Positions 39,532-50,577 are shown, counted from the first letter of the stretch. The stretch is 64,000 nucleotides of DNA from an uncultured Gemmatimonadales bacterium (GCA_963793305.1 CAWBZV010000005.1:1344001-1408000); one strand, 5' to 3'. The notes: generated by a model from the letters alone, not told the origin. Made by a program: numbers and translations.

Positions 39532-41778
39532 ATGCAACGTATAGAGAAGACCTTCGCTGGTCGCCGGCTGGTCATTGAGACCGGCCGCATGGCCAAACAG
39601 GCCGCAGGCTCGGCCGTCGTAACGTTTGGCGAGACGATGGTGCTAGCGGCGGTCACCGTGAGCGACTCGCAGAGCTCACTCCCATTCTTTCCCCTCACGG
39701 TCGAGTACAAGGAAAGAACCTACGCCGCGGGCAAGATCCCTGGCGGCTTCATCAAGCGGGAAGGTCGCCCGCAGGACGCCGAGATCCTCTCGGCCCGCAT
39801 TATCGATCGCTCGATCCGTCCGCTGTTCCCCGAGGGCTTCAAGAACGAAATCCAGGTGTTCGTCTACGTCATTTCCGCCGATCAGGAAAATGATGCGGAC
39901 GTGCTCGCCCTCCTGGCCACGTCGTTCGCGTTGAACGCCTCGAAGATCCCGTTCCTGGGCCCGATTGCCGCTGTCCGCGTCGGCCGCGTGCAGGAGCGCT
40001 GGGTCTTGAACCCGACGTTCCAGCAGCTCGAGTACAGCGATATGGACGTCGTGGTCACCGGGTCGAAGGACTCGATCGTGATGGTCGAGGGCGGCGCGCT
40101 CGAGGTCTCCGAGACCGACTGTGTCGACGCCCTGGCGATCGCGCTTGGCGGCATCAAGGAGCTGGTCAAGTTCCAGGAAGAACTGCTCGCCAAACTCCCG
40201 CCGGTCGAGAAGATGGCGTGGACGAAGGCCGAGCGTTCAGAACTGCTCCAAGCTCGCGTGAAGCAGCTCGCCGCCGGTCGCATTGTCGCCGCGCTCAATC
40301 AGCCCGACAAGCACGCGCGGGTTGAGGCAGTCGAGATCGTCAAGAAGGAAGTCATCGACGCCCTCATCTCGGAATTTCCCGAAAACGGCCGCGACATCGC
40401 AGACCTGGTCGGGGATGAAGAGTATCATGCGCTGCGCGCCCAAGTCCTCGACACGAAGCATCGCGTGGATGGTCGTGGCCTCGCCGACGTGCGCCCGATC
40501 ACATGCAATGTCGGGCTTCTACCCCGCGCGCACGGCTCGGCCTTGTTTACCAGAGGTCAGACGCAAGCCCTCGTTGCGGTGACCTTGGGCACGGCGAACG
40601 ACGTGCAGCGGCTCGATACGATCGACGAAGCAGGCGAGTCGACGAAGTCGTTCATGCTGCACTACAATTTCCCGCCGTTCTCGACCGGTGAAGTGAGACC
40701 GGTACGGGGAACAAGCCGGAGAGAAATCGGCCACGGAAACCTCGCCGAGCGCGCGCTCCAAGGCGTGTTGCCCGCATTCGAAGACTTCCCGTATACGATC
40801 CGCGTCGTATCGGATGTCCTGGAGTCCAACGGCTCGTCGTCCATGGCGTCGGTCTGTGGTGGCTCGCTGGCGTTGTTCGACGCTGGTGTGCCGATCAAAG
40901 CTCCCGTCGCCGGCGTGGCGATGGGGCTGATCAAAGAAGGCGATCGTCATGCGGTCCTCACGGATATTCTGGGCACCGAAGACCACTTGGGCGACATGGA
41001 CTTCAAGGTCGCGGGGACCGACCAGGGTATCACGTCGATCCAGATGGACATCAAGATCCAGGGCCTGAGCCTGGACATCATGCGGGAAGCGCTGTCTCAG
41101 GCGTTAGTAGGACGGTTGCACATTCTCGGTGAGATGGCCAAGGCGCTGCCGGAACCGCGCGGCGACTTGTCGCGCTACGCGCCTCGTATCGTCACGATGA
41201 ATATCAGCCCCGAGAAGATCGGCGATCTCATCGGCCCCAAGGGCAAGACGATCCGCGGGATCCAGGACGAAACCGGCGCCGAGCTCACGGTCGACGACTC
41301 GGGCTTGGTGACGATCGCCGCTGTGGGTGGGGACGCCATGCAGCGCGCGCGCCAGATGGTGCAGGCGCTGACGGCCGAGCCGGTGGTCGGCGAGACGTAC
41401 GAGGGCACGGTCAAGAGCACGACCGCGTTCGGCGCATTCGTCGAGATCATGCCCGGTACCGAAGCCCTGCTGCACATCTCCGAGATGCGCTGGGGCCGCA
41501 CCGATAAGACCGAAGATGTCGTCAAGAAGGGCGATCGCGTGAAGGTCAAGCTGATCGACCGCGATGAGCGTGGCCGTCTCCGTCTCTCCATGCGCGCGCT
41601 CCAACCGAAGCCCGAAGGCCAATCATCCTCGGAAGAGTCGGGTGGCGGCGCCGCTGGTGACGAGCTCATCCCGGAGGGCGCTGGCGCCGCGGGTGGGGGC
41701 GGTGAGCAGCGCGAGCGGCGTCCACGGCGCGGTGGTGGCGGTGGCCGTGGCGGTCGCGGTGGCCCCTCGCGGGGATGA
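39532..41778 (+). CDS. pnp: Polyribonucleotide nucleotidyltransferase
   Basis: AGKIPGGFIKRE, RREIGHG, SNGSSSMAS, EDHLGDMDFKVAG, KH and S1 domains. Confidence 0.98.
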   Translation: MQRIEKTFAGRRLVIETGRMAKQAAGSAVVTFGETMVLAAVTVSDSQSSLPFFPLTVEYKERTYAAGKIPGGFIKREGRPQDAEILSARIIDRSIRPLFPEGFKNEIQVFVYVISADQENDADVLALLATSFALNASKIPFLGPIAAVRVGRVQERWVLNPTFQQLEYSDMDVVVTGSKDSIVMVEGGALEVSETDCVDALAIALGGIKELVKFQEELLAKLPPVEKMAWTKAERSELLQARVKQLAAGRIVAALNQPDKHARVEAVEIVKKEVIDALISEFPENGRDIADLVGDEEYHALRAQVLDTKHRVDGRGLADVRPITCNVGLLPRAHGSALFTRGQTQALVAVTLGTANDVQRLDTIDEAGESTKSFMLHYNFPPFSTGEVRPVRGTSRREIGHGNLAERALQGVLPAFEDFPYTIRVVSDVLESNGSSSMASVCGGSLALFDAGVPIKAPVAGVAMGLIKEGDRHAVLTDILGTEDHLGDMDFKVAGTDQGITSIQMDIKIQGLSLDIMREALSQALVGRLHILGEMAKALPEPRGDLSRYAPRIVTMNISPEKIGDLIGPKGKTIRGIQDETGAELTVDDSGLVTIAAVGGDAMQRARQMVQALTAEPVVGETYEGTVKSTTAFGAFVEIMPGTEALLHISEMRWGRTDKTEDVVKKGDRVKVKLIDRDERGRLRLSMRALQPKPEGQSSSEESGGGAAGDELIPEGAGAAGGGGEQRERRPRRGGGGGRGGRGGPSRG

Positions 41779-43025
41779 CCTCGCTCGTCGAAGACGGCCT
41801 GAGATCGACTACTCTCGATAACGGCCTCTCGGTTCTGTCAGAGCGCATGCCAGGCGTCCGGTCCGTCGCGATCGGCGCCTGGATCCGCGCGGCATCCGTC
41901 CACGAGACGACCGCCGTCATGGGCGTGTCGCACCTCTTGGAGCACATGGTGTTCAAGGGAACGCCAACCCGCGATGCGCGCGAGATCGCGCTCTCGCTGG
42001 AGCGCCTCGGCGGCTCCCTCGACGCGTACACTTCCCGCGAGCACACGTCGTACCAAGCACGTGTGCTGGACGAGCACGTGAGCGTCGCGGCCGACGTACT
42101 CGGCGACCTGGTGTATCGCCCGACGTTGCGTGCCTCCGACCTCGCGTTGGAGCGCAAAGTCGTGCTCGAAGAAATCGGGATGGTCGACGATACGCCGGAC
42201 GATCTCGTCTTCGAGCTGCATAATGCGGCGCTGTGGGGCTCGCACCCACTTGGCTACTCGATACTCGGTACCCGCGACACGATCGGTTCGCTCGGCGTGC
42301 ACGAGCTGCGAGCGTTGCATGATCGTGCGTACCATCCAACGCAGACGGTTGTCGCCGCGGCCGGGAATATCGATCATGATCGCTTGGTGGCGGTCCTGAC
42401 CGAGACCGGCTGGTCTTCGATCGCCGCCGGTCCCGCCGCTCGGCTAACGGCACCGCCGCCGAAGGCGGCGCAGCCGAGTGTGACTCATGTCGAGCGCGAT
42501 ACGACGCAGACCCACATCGTTTTCGGCTCACCGACGGTCGCGCATGGCGACCCGAGGCGATATGCGTTCGCCATTGCGTCGAGCGTTCTGGGCGGTGGCA
42601 TGAGCTCTCGGCTCTTCCAAAGAATCCGCGAAGAGCTGGGACTCGCCTATGCGATCTTCACGTTCTCGTCGCTGCACGCCGACGTCGGCAGCCATGGCGT
42701 ATACGTGGGCACCGCGCCGGAGACGGCCGCGCAGGCAACGGATGCCATTCGCGAGGAGCTGTCCAAGCTCTCGACTGACGGTTTGACACCAGACGAGCTG
42801 ACCGCCGGGAAGAACCAACTCAAGGGGCAGGTCACGCTGTCGTTGGAGAGCGTGACGACCCGAATGTATCGCGCCGCCAGCGTCGAGCTGTACGGCGAAC
42901 CCTATCGCGGGCTCGATGAAGAGCTCGCGGCCATCGAGCGCGTCGATCACGATGACGTGCGTGCCGTCTGCCGGGAATTCTTCGCGCCGGAACGTCAGAC
43001 GGTCCTGAGCCTCGGTCCGGCCTAA
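41775..43025 (+). CDS. M16 (pitrilysin) family zinc peptidase
   Basis: HLLEHMVFKGT inverted HxxEH, GGGMSSRLFQRIRE. Confidence 0.93.
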   Translation: MTSLVEDGLRSTTLDNGLSVLSERMPGVRSVAIGAWIRAASVHETTAVMGVSHLLEHMVFKGTPTRDAREIALSLERLGGSLDAYTSREHTSYQARVLDEHVSVAADVLGDLVYRPTLRASDLALERKVVLEEIGMVDDTPDDLVFELHNAALWGSHPLGYSILGTRDTIGSLGVHELRALHDRAYHPTQTVVAAAGNIDHDRLVAVLTETGWSSIAAGPAARLTAPPPKAAQPSVTHVERDTTQTHIVFGSPTVAHGDPRRYAFAIASSVLGGGMSSRLFQRIREELGLAYAIFTFSSLHADVGSHGVYVGTAPETAAQATDAIREELSKLSTDGLTPDELTAGKNQLKGQVTLSLESVTTRMYRAASVELYGEPYRGLDEELAAIERVDHDDVRAVCREFFAPERQTVLSLGPA

Positions 43026-43040
43026 CTCTCACGACTTGCC

Positions 43041-44156
43041 ATGAACATCGGCGTACCGAAAGAAATCAAGACGAACGAGAATCGCATCGCGCTCGTGCCC
43101 GCGGGGGCCGAGGCGTTGGTCGCGGCGGGACATACGGTGTGGGTCGAGCGCGGGGCGGGCGAGGGCAGTGGCTTTCCCGATGAGCTCTACACGAACGTCG
43201 GCGCGAAGATCGCTCCCGATGCCGGATCGGTCTGGCGCACCGGCGATCTGATCCTCAAGGTGAAAGAGCCAATAGCGCCCGAGTGGCCCCAGATCCGCAA
43301 AGGCCAGACGCTCTTCACGTATTTCCATTTCGCGGCTGACGAGCAGCTGACGCGAGCGCTGATGCAAACAGGCGCGACGTGCATAGCGTACGAAACGGTG
43401 GAACTGCCGTCTCGTGAGCTTCCTCTCCTGACGCCAATGTCTGAAGTCGCCGGACGGATGGCGGTGCAAGAGGGCGCGAAGTACCTGGAAAAGCTCTATG
43501 GTGGTCGTGGAGTGCTCCTGGGAGGTGTCCCCGGTGTCGCGCCAGCCAAGGTGGTGATTCTCGGCGGCGGCATCGTCGGCATCAATTCCGCGAAGATGGC
43601 GGCGGGCTTCGGCGCACAAGTGATCGTGCTCGACATCTCGCTGGAGCGCCTGCGCTATCTGTCCGACGTCATGCCGGCCAATGTCACACTGATCCACTCG
43701 AACCGGCACAACATCCTCGAGCACATCTCGAGTGCCGATCTCGTGGTCGGCGCGGTCCTCGTGACCGGTGCCAAGGCCCCACGCCTCGTGCGCCGCGACG
43801 ATCTCAAGCTCATGCGCCCGGGTACGGTGATCGTCGACGTCGCGGTTGATCAGGGTGGTTGCGTCGAAACGATCCACCCGACGACGCACGAGAATCCGAC
43901 CTATGTCGTCGACGGTGTGATCCACTACGGCGTCGCCAACATGCCGGGCGGCGTGCCCCGCACGTCCACGCTCGCCTTGACCAATGCCACGTTCCCCTAC
44001 GCGCTGCAGCTCGCCAACAAGGGCTGGCAGATCGCGCTGAAAGAGAATGGCGCGCTGCTCAAGGGGCTCAACATCGTCGATGGCCACGTCACATACGCCG
44101 CCGTCGCCGAAGCGTTTGGCATCCGGTACGAAGACGCCAGAGGCTTTTTGTCGTAA
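43041..44156 (+). CDS. ald: Alanine dehydrogenase
   Basis: [41 protein letters not shown]. Confidence 0.96.
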   Translation: MNIGVPKEIKTNENRIALVPAGAEALVAAGHTVWVERGAGEGSGFPDELYTNVGAKIAPDAGSVWRTGDLILKVKEPIAPEWPQIRKGQTLFTYFHFAADEQLTRALMQTGATCIAYETVELPSRELPLLTPMSEVAGRMAVQEGAKYLEKLYGGRGVLLGGVPGVAPAKVVILGGGIVGINSAKMAAGFGAQVIVLDISLERLRYLSDVMPANVTLIHSNRHNILEHISSADLVVGAVLVTGAKAPRLVRRDDLKLMRPGTVIVDVAVDQGGCVETIHPTTHENPTYVVDGVIHYGVANMPGGVPRTSTLALTNATFPYALQLANKGWQIALKENGALLKGLNIVDGHVTYAAVAEAFGIRYEDARGFLS

Positions 44157-44917
44157 TGGCTGTCCCGCCGATCTTGTGCTATCACAAGGTCGATCGCCGG
44201 CGAGAGTTAGGAGTCACCCAGCTCTCGCCGGCCCGGTTCGCCAAACAGGTCGAACGCTTGGCTACCGACGGTTGGCAGACGCTGTCGCTCGACGACGTCG
44301 AGCGCTGCGTCCATGGCGAGCGCCCGCTGGGGCGCCGCGAGTTGGTCATCACGTTCGATGATGCGTACCGCGGGCTCCGGGAGCATGCTTTCCCGGCGCT
44401 GACTGGCGCTGGTTTCACCGCCATCTGCGCGGTCATCACCGACTATGCGGGCCGTTTGAACCGTTGGGATGTCGCCTATGGCGGCCGCCGATTCGCGCAC
44501 TTGGCGTGGCGCGACATGCGCCATTGGCAATCCCGTGGCGTCGAATTCATCTCGCACACGGCGACGCACCCGCGCCTGACCTGGCTCGCCCCGCAGCAGG
44601 CTGCTGACGAGATGTCGCGCTCGCGTCAGGCGCTTCGGGAGTCTCTCGATGTCGAGGCGCGTGCGATCGCCTATCCGTTCGGCGCGGCGAGCCGGCGCGA
44701 GCGCACGCTGGCCACGGCGGCGGGGTATTCGATGGGTTTCACGCTGGCGACTGCATGGCGCGGTGACCCGCTCGCGGTCCCGCGACTCCCGGTCTACATC
44801 TGGACCCGTGAGGTCCCGGTGGCTGGCCCGGCGGAGTGGCTGGTGGCCGCGGCGGCGAACCGGTGCGCGGTTGGCACCAGCATCTTCCAGCGATTTACGC
44901 GAAGTACCGGAATATGA
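44156..44917 (+). CDS. Polysaccharide deacetylase (CE4) family protein
   Basis: ILCYHKV, ITFDDAY, SHTATHP, AYPFG. Confidence 0.9.
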   Translation: MAVPPILCYHKVDRRRELGVTQLSPARFAKQVERLATDGWQTLSLDDVERCVHGERPLGRRELVITFDDAYRGLREHAFPALTGAGFTAICAVITDYAGRLNRWDVAYGGRRFAHLAWRDMRHWQSRGVEFISHTATHPRLTWLAPQQAADEMSRSRQALRESLDVEARAIAYPFGAASRRERTLATAAGYSMGFTLATAWRGDPLAVPRLPVYIWTREVPVAGPAEWLVAAAANRCAVGTSIFQRFTRSTGI

Positions 44918-46053
44918 CCGGCAGCAGCGCCGGCTGCTGAAAGAGCGCCGTGTAGAATATCCGGCGCAGGGTCCGTTTCTCCTCGGGGATCGCGTTGACA
45001 GAACACGCCAGAGAATCGAAGAACGTATCGTCGAATTTGCCGAGGGCTTCTTTCACGCGATAAAACCGTTCATGATCGCGCCCGAGCAGTTCCATCCATT
45101 GCTCGTGATACGCCCCCAGTCTCGCCGCTGACGTATTCCCCTCGGCGATCGCCTCAGCCGCTGTCTCAGCGGCCATTCGCCCGGCCTTCATGGCGTTCAC
45201 TATGCCCGCGCCCGATAGCGGGTTGATCATGTGAGCCGCGTCGCCGCACACGAGGATGCCGTCCCCGACACAGTTCTTCACCGTCGTCTGCACGATGACC
45301 CCACCCACCGTTCTCAATCGCGGGGTCGAGTGTGGAAACGTCGCCGTCACGTACTCGTCGAGATATCCCACGGCCGACCGTCGCGCCCGAAGGGCGACGA
45401 CGCCGAGTCCCACATTGGCGGACCGGTCCCCCTTGGGAAAGATCCAGGCGTAGCCGCCAGGCGCGATATCATTCCCGAAATGCAACACGATGGCTTCGGG
45501 ATCGATGTCGACGTCGTCGAGTAGCACCTGCGCGCAACTCTCCATGTCCTTCGCGCGGACCCTCGTGTCGATCCCGGCCCAGCGCCCGACCATACTCTCG
45601 ACGCCGTCGGCCCCGATCAGCACTCGCGCTCCCACGCGCTCGTTGCCATTGATGGTCGCGACCCAAAGGGGTCCATCGCGCGAGAGCCCTGTGACTTCAG
45701 CGCCCACACGAATGCACGCGCCAGCCGCCGCGGCCTGCTCAGCTAGAACGGGCTCGAACCGCGATCGGTCGAGCACATACCCGAATGTCACCATGGCCGA
45801 CCCGGACTTGGGACCCATTCGGCGACCGGAACTCGACCCGGGTAATGCGCTTCGACACCCACGGCGCATTGCCGTTCTCTGGATCGAGAAACTCCTCGAT
45901 CCCCTTGGCTCCGACGCCTTCACCACAGCGCACCGGGAGCCCGATCGCGGGATCCCGCTCGACGAGCAGCACCTCACACCCACACTCGGCCGCCACCCGC
46001 GCCGCCACGAGTCCCGCCGGCCCGCCTCCAACCACAAGTACATCGACGATCAC
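44895..46053 (-). pseudogene. Geranylgeranyl reductase family flavoprotein (DGGR-like) with a +1 frameshift at about 45784-45785
   Basis: VVGGGPAG, PVRCGEG in one frame; YVLDR, GADG, APGGYAWIFPK, GDAA..NPLSGAGI in another; deleting one base gives GHGDIGYVLDR. Confidence 0.87.
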
Positions 46054-46262
46054 GCGCGAGGCACCATCTCGAGCGCCCCGACCGGACAGGGGTCGATGCA
46101 TTTGCGACATCCCGTGCACGTGACGGCATCGACCACGAGTCCGTCTCGATGCAGAGCTATCGCCCCCGGCGGACAGAGCGGCATGCAGAGGCCACACTCG
46201 TCACACACGGTCGTATCGACGATCGCGATGGAGGCAGAGCGCGGCGCCGTGGGACGGTGCAT
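46050..46262 (-). CDS. 2x[4Fe-4S] ferredoxin
   Basis: CDECGLCMPLCP and CTGCRKCIDPCP; GTGA coupling to the reductase. Confidence 0.9.
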   Translation of the reverse strand: MHRPTAPRSASIAIVDTTVCDECGLCMPLCPPGAIALHRDGLVVDAVTCTGCRKCIDPCPVGALEMVPRA

Positions 46263-46280
46263 GAACCAAAGGCTGTTCCC

Positions 46281-46309
46281 TTGATCGCCCTTGTGGCAAG
46301 GGCTACTTT
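46281..46309 (+). promoter_or_regulatory. Putative mreB promoter whose spacer is a perfect inverted repeat
   Basis: TTGATC-[GCCCTTG-TGG-CAAGGGC]-TACTTT. Confidence 0.6.
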
Positions 46310-46321
46310 CTCTTCACTCAA

Positions 46322-47365
46322 ATGCGCTGGCCCTTCTTCAAGACGGGATCGCGGTCCCTGTTCCCGGCGAACGCGATCGCCGTCGACCTCGGCACGGCCA
46401 ATACGCTCGTCTACGTGAAGGGCGAAGGGATCGTGCTCAACGAGCCGTCGGTCGTCGCGATCGACCGCGAGACGAAAAAGATCAGAGGCGTGGGCCTCGA
46501 AGCGAAGCGCATGCTCGGCCGCACGCCGGACGGGATTCTCGCGGTCCGACCGATGAAAGACGGCGTGATCGCCGATTTCGACGTCACGGAAAAAATGCTC
46601 CGCTATTTCCTGACGCTGATCATCGAGAACCACGTGTTCAAGGTGAAGCCACGCGTGATCGTCTGCGTCCCGTCAGGGATCACGGAAGTCGAACGCCGCG
46701 CCGTACGCGATTCCGCTCTGGGCGCGGGCGCGAAAGAGGTCTTCATGGTCGCCGAGCCGATGGCCGCGGCGATCGGTGTCGGGCTCCCGGTCGAAACACC
46801 CACGGGGAACATGGTGATCGACATCGGCGGCGGCACCACCGAAATCGCCGTTATCGCGCTGTCCGGTATCGTGAGCGACACGTCGATCCGGACCGGTGGC
46901 GATGAGCTGGACGTCGCGATCGTCCAGTTCATGAGAAAGAACTACAATCTCCTGATTGGCGAGCCCACGGCGGAGCTGATCAAGATTCAGATCGGATCCG
47001 CCGCTCCTATCGGCGAGGAGAGGGAGATGGAGGTGAAGGGCCGGGATCTCGTCTCGGGCATCCCGAAGACTGTCCGGGTGCACTCGGCCGAGATCCGGGA
47101 AGCGATTCAGGAGCCGATTCAGCAGATTGTCGACGCGGTCCGCCGGGCGCTGGAGATCACACCGCCCGAGCTCGCCAGTGACATCGTCGATCGGGGAATC
47201 GTCATGACGGGCGGCGGTGCGTTGATCCGGGGGCTCGACCTTCTGTTGAGCCAGGAAACGAGCCTGCCGATTCACGTCGACGAGGACCCCCTCACGTGTG
47301 TAGTCCGCGGCACTGGCCGGATCCTCGACGACGAAGAGAAGTACTGGTCCGTCCTCAGCAGTTGA
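46322..47365 (+). CDS. mreB: Rod shape-determining protein MreB
   Basis: [29 protein letters not shown]. Confidence 0.98.
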   Translation: MRWPFFKTGSRSLFPANAIAVDLGTANTLVYVKGEGIVLNEPSVVAIDRETKKIRGVGLEAKRMLGRTPDGILAVRPMKDGVIADFDVTEKMLRYFLTLIIENHVFKVKPRVIVCVPSGITEVERRAVRDSALGAGAKEVFMVAEPMAAAIGVGLPVETPTGNMVIDIGGGTTEIAVIALSGIVSDTSIRTGGDELDVAIVQFMRKNYNLLIGEPTAELIKIQIGSAAPIGEEREMEVKGRDLVSGIPKTVRVHSAEIREAIQEPIQQIVDAVRRALEITPPELASDIVDRGIVMTGGGALIRGLDLLLSQETSLPIHVDEDPLTCVVRGTGRILDDEEKYWSVLSS

Positions 47366-47373
47366 GCTAAACC

Positions 47374-48315
47374 GTGGCCCGCGCTGTTGCGAGCGGTACA
47401 CGCGCCGATGCCATCCTGGGGTTCGTGAGCGGCGCGCTCGCACTCATAGCCATCGCGCTGCCTGGCCGACTCCGAGACCCGATCGCCGGTACGTTGCGCC
47501 GGGACCTCGTCGCTCCCCTGATCGCCCTCCAGAAGAACGCCGAGCTCGGCCGCCTGGCCCTGATTCGTCACGATCAGGAGACCGCGGGCAAAGACTCCGT
47601 CGCCCTGCGTGCACTGCTCGTCCCCAGCCTCGAATCTGAAAACGACCGGTTGCGTCGCCTGCTAGGCCTCGGTCGCGCGCTCCGCTGGGGTTTCGTCCCT
47701 GCCGAGGCGCTCCACAGTCGAGCGCTCGGCGAAGAGTTCACCATGACGCTGACGGCGGGGGCCCGAAATGGCGTTCGCCCCTTCAGCGCCGTTGTCGCTC
47801 CCGAAGGACTCGTCGGCATGGTCGAGACCGTCGATCCGCGCATGTGTCTGGCGATCTCTTGGGCACATCCCGACTTTCGCGTCAGTGCCATGACGGCCGA
47901 TGGCAGTGCCTTCGGCATCGCAAAAGCTCACCTGGGCAGCGGGACTGATCGCTATCTGTTGGAGCTTTCAGGGGTACAACTCAGCACCACGCTCCCGTCC
48001 GGGACTCTCATCGTGAGCTCCGGCGTCGGAGGCGTCTATCCCCGTGGCATTCCGGTCGGGACAGTCATGCGCGAACTAGGCCCCCGCGAAGGATTCACCG
48101 AGGGCTGGGCGAGAACATATCTCCTGAGGCCGGCGGTGAAGCCGCAGGACATTAACTCGGTGATGATCCTCGAGCCCCGGCGTGGCGCTGCAGGCGTTCA
48201 GGCGGTGTGGGCGGACTCGCTCAAAGACTCCACTGCCGACTCGAGCGCCTCGCCGGGCATGCAGCCCGGAACAGAGGCGGATAGCGCGGACACTCCGGAC
48301 GGGCCGACCCGGTGA
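47374..48315 (+). CDS. mreC: Rod shape-determining protein MreC
   Basis: ENDRLRRLL, GLVG, SSGVGGVYPRGIPVG; synteny. Confidence 0.93.
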   Translation: MARAVASGTRADAILGFVSGALALIAIALPGRLRDPIAGTLRRDLVAPLIALQKNAELGRLALIRHDQETAGKDSVALRALLVPSLESENDRLRRLLGLGRALRWGFVPAEALHSRALGEEFTMTLTAGARNGVRPFSAVVAPEGLVGMVETVDPRMCLAISWAHPDFRVSAMTADGSAFGIAKAHLGSGTDRYLLELSGVQLSTTLPSGTLIVSSGVGGVYPRGIPVGTVMRELGPREGFTEGWARTYLLRPAVKPQDINSVMILEPRRGAAGVQAVWADSLKDSTADSSASPGMQPGTEADSADTPDGPTR

Positions 48316-48800
48316 CGACCAGCGGCACGATTCGGCTCGCGGTTGCGTTCTTCGTGCTCGTGTTGCTGCACTTTTCGCTTCGCCCGGCGCTGGGCTGGCG
48401 GGCCGAGATCGACTTCCTGCTGATCGCGGTGTTGCTGGCCGCGGTCCGCCTGCGCCCAGGCATGGCGTCGCTCGTCGGCTGCACCGTCGGCCTCATCGCC
48501 GACTCCCTGACGCCGAACGCGTTCGGCGCCGGCGCGCTGGCCATGACTATTGTCGCCTATCTTGCGTCGTGGTTGAAGGCGGTGTTTTTCGCCGACAACC
48601 TCGCGCTCAATGGCTTCTTCTTTTTCGCCGGCCAGTGGGTGTACGAAGTCATTTACCTGATCGCCGCGCATCAAATGCAGGGTATGGAGTTGCTCCAGCA
48701 GGCCCTCGTGTGGGCGCCGCTCTCCGCGGCGGTCACCGCTGCCGCGGGCGTCGTGCTCCTTGTCCTGATGCGACCCTTGCTGGACCCGGCCACGGCCTGA
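48312..48800 (+). CDS. mreD: Rod shape-determining protein MreD
   Basis: Hydrophobic, GLIADSL..FG..AL; synteny. Confidence 0.9.
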   Translation: MTTSGTIRLAVAFFVLVLLHFSLRPALGWRAEIDFLLIAVLLAAVRLRPGMASLVGCTVGLIADSLTPNAFGAGALAMTIVAYLASWLKAVFFADNLALNGFFFFAGQWVYEVIYLIAAHQMQGMELLQQALVWAPLSAAVTAAAGVVLLVLMRPLLDPATA

Positions 48801-48801
48801 C

Positions 48802-50577
48802 ATGAGCTTTCATCCGAACGACGTGGCGCGCCGCGCGCGGTTTGCGTCGATCGGCCTCTTGATCGCGTTCGTTTTTCTCCTGGGCGCGTTCTTCCGCACG
48901 CAGGTCCTGCAGAACGCGCAGTACGTCCTGCAATCTGAAACGAACCGGCTCCGTGAAGTGCCCCTGCCGGCCCCTCGCGGCATTATCTACGACCGCAACG
49001 GTCGCGTGATCGCCGAGAACGTCCCGGGCTACTCGGTCTCGATGCTGAGCCCGACCGCAGACTCTCTGCGTGTGGTGCTGCGCCGCCTGAGTGAAACGAT
49101 CCCGCTCTCGGGCGACCAGATCGACCTGGCCGTTCGCCGGTATCGCCGCGCACCAAATCGTCCGACTGTCATTCTCCCGGATGCCCCGTTTGACGTGGTA
49201 TCTGTACTGGAAGAACACCGCGTTCAGTTTCCGGGCTTGATCATCCAGTCCGCACCGAAGCGCCACTACCCCGATGGCGCCGCCGTCGCCTCATTCGTCG
49301 GCTACACGGGCGAAATCACCGAGCAAGAGCTCAGCTCGCGCGCCTATCCTGGCTACAAGGCCGGCCAACAGGTCGGCAAGGGTGGGCTCGAAAAGCAGTA
49401 CGAGGACCGCCTCCGTGGCCGCGAGGGCACGCGCTTCGTCGAAGTCGACGCCCGGGGCCGCGTGGTGCGCGAGGCTGGCGCGCGCCAGGACCTGCCGCCG
49501 GAAGGCGCCCAGCCCCTCTATACGAACATCGATCTCGACCTCCAACGATTTACCGCGAGCCTCTTCGGCGACACGCTGCAGGGCGGCGCCATTGCGATCG
49601 ACCCGGAGACTGGCGCGGTGCTCGCGCTTCACTCGGCGCCGACGTTCGATCCGAATCGGTTCATTGGCGGCATTCCGCCCGACTACTGGAAGGATCTCAC
49701 GACGGACGTCCGTCGGCCGCTCTATAACAAGGTGATTCAGGGTCGGTATCCCCCTGGCTCGACGTGGAAGTTGGCGACCGCGACGTGGGCGCTCGAGAAT
49801 CACATCGCCACACTCGACGACGTGATGCCGGTGCCGTGCACGGGCGGATTCCAGTTCGGCGATCGCTACTTCCATTGCTGGGAAAAGAAGGGACACGGGA
49901 GCCTCACGCTGGCCGAGGCGATCGTGAAGTCGTGCGACGTCTATTTCTATCAGTTGGGCTTGAAGATCGGCCTGCAACGGCTGATCGCCGGTGGCGTCGC
50001 GCTCGCGTTCCGGGACAAAACGGGCATTGATCTTCCCAACGAGTCATCGCCGAACTTCCCGTACGCGATCGACTACTACAATCGCCGGTTCGGCCCGCGC
50101 GCGTGGAACAACTCCGTCGTGCTCAACCTGGCGATCGGGCAGGGCGAGAACTCCCAGACGATCGCCAGCATGGCGCGGTTCTACACGGCGCTGGCGACCG
50201 ACGGCCAGGAAGCGCGTCCCGAGATCGTGCGCCAAACGCAGCCATCGCGCACGCGCATCTTCACGCTCGACTCCGTGCAGTTTATCGGCCTGCGCCGCGC
50301 GATGATGGGCGTGCTCGCGGCGGGCGGAACCGCCGCGGCCGAGGCGATTCAGGGCGTGGTGTTGGCCGGCAAGACCGGCACCGCGCAGAATACCGAGGAC
50401 CCGGTCCACAACCATTCATGGTTCGTCGGTTTCGCGCCGGCCGACCATCCGAAGATCGTCGTCGCCGTGTTGATCGAGTTCGGCGGGCATGGGAGCCACG
50501 CCGCGCGCGTCGCCTCGAAGATCATCGAGCACTATCTCAAGGTTGCGCCGGCCTCCCAGATCCAGACCGAGGGATGA
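48802..50577 (+). CDS. mrdA: Penicillin-binding protein 2
   Basis: APRGIIYDRNG, PGSTWK (SxxK), SCD, KTGTAQ. Confidence 0.95.
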   Translation: MSFHPNDVARRARFASIGLLIAFVFLLGAFFRTQVLQNAQYVLQSETNRLREVPLPAPRGIIYDRNGRVIAENVPGYSVSMLSPTADSLRVVLRRLSETIPLSGDQIDLAVRRYRRAPNRPTVILPDAPFDVVSVLEEHRVQFPGLIIQSAPKRHYPDGAAVASFVGYTGEITEQELSSRAYPGYKAGQQVGKGGLEKQYEDRLRGREGTRFVEVDARGRVVREAGARQDLPPEGAQPLYTNIDLDLQRFTASLFGDTLQGGAIAIDPETGAVLALHSAPTFDPNRFIGGIPPDYWKDLTTDVRRPLYNKVIQGRYPPGSTWKLATATWALENHIATLDDVMPVPCTGGFQFGDRYFHCWEKKGHGSLTLAEAIVKSCDVYFYQLGLKIGLQRLIAGGVALAFRDKTGIDLPNESSPNFPYAIDYYNRRFGPRAWNNSVVLNLAIGQGENSQTIASMARFYTALATDGQEARPEIVRQTQPSRTRIFTLDSVQFIGLRRAMMGVLAAGGTAAAEAIQGVVLAGKTGTAQNTEDPVHNHSWFVGFAPADHPKIVVAVLIEFGGHGSHAARVASKIIEHYLKVAPASQIQTEG

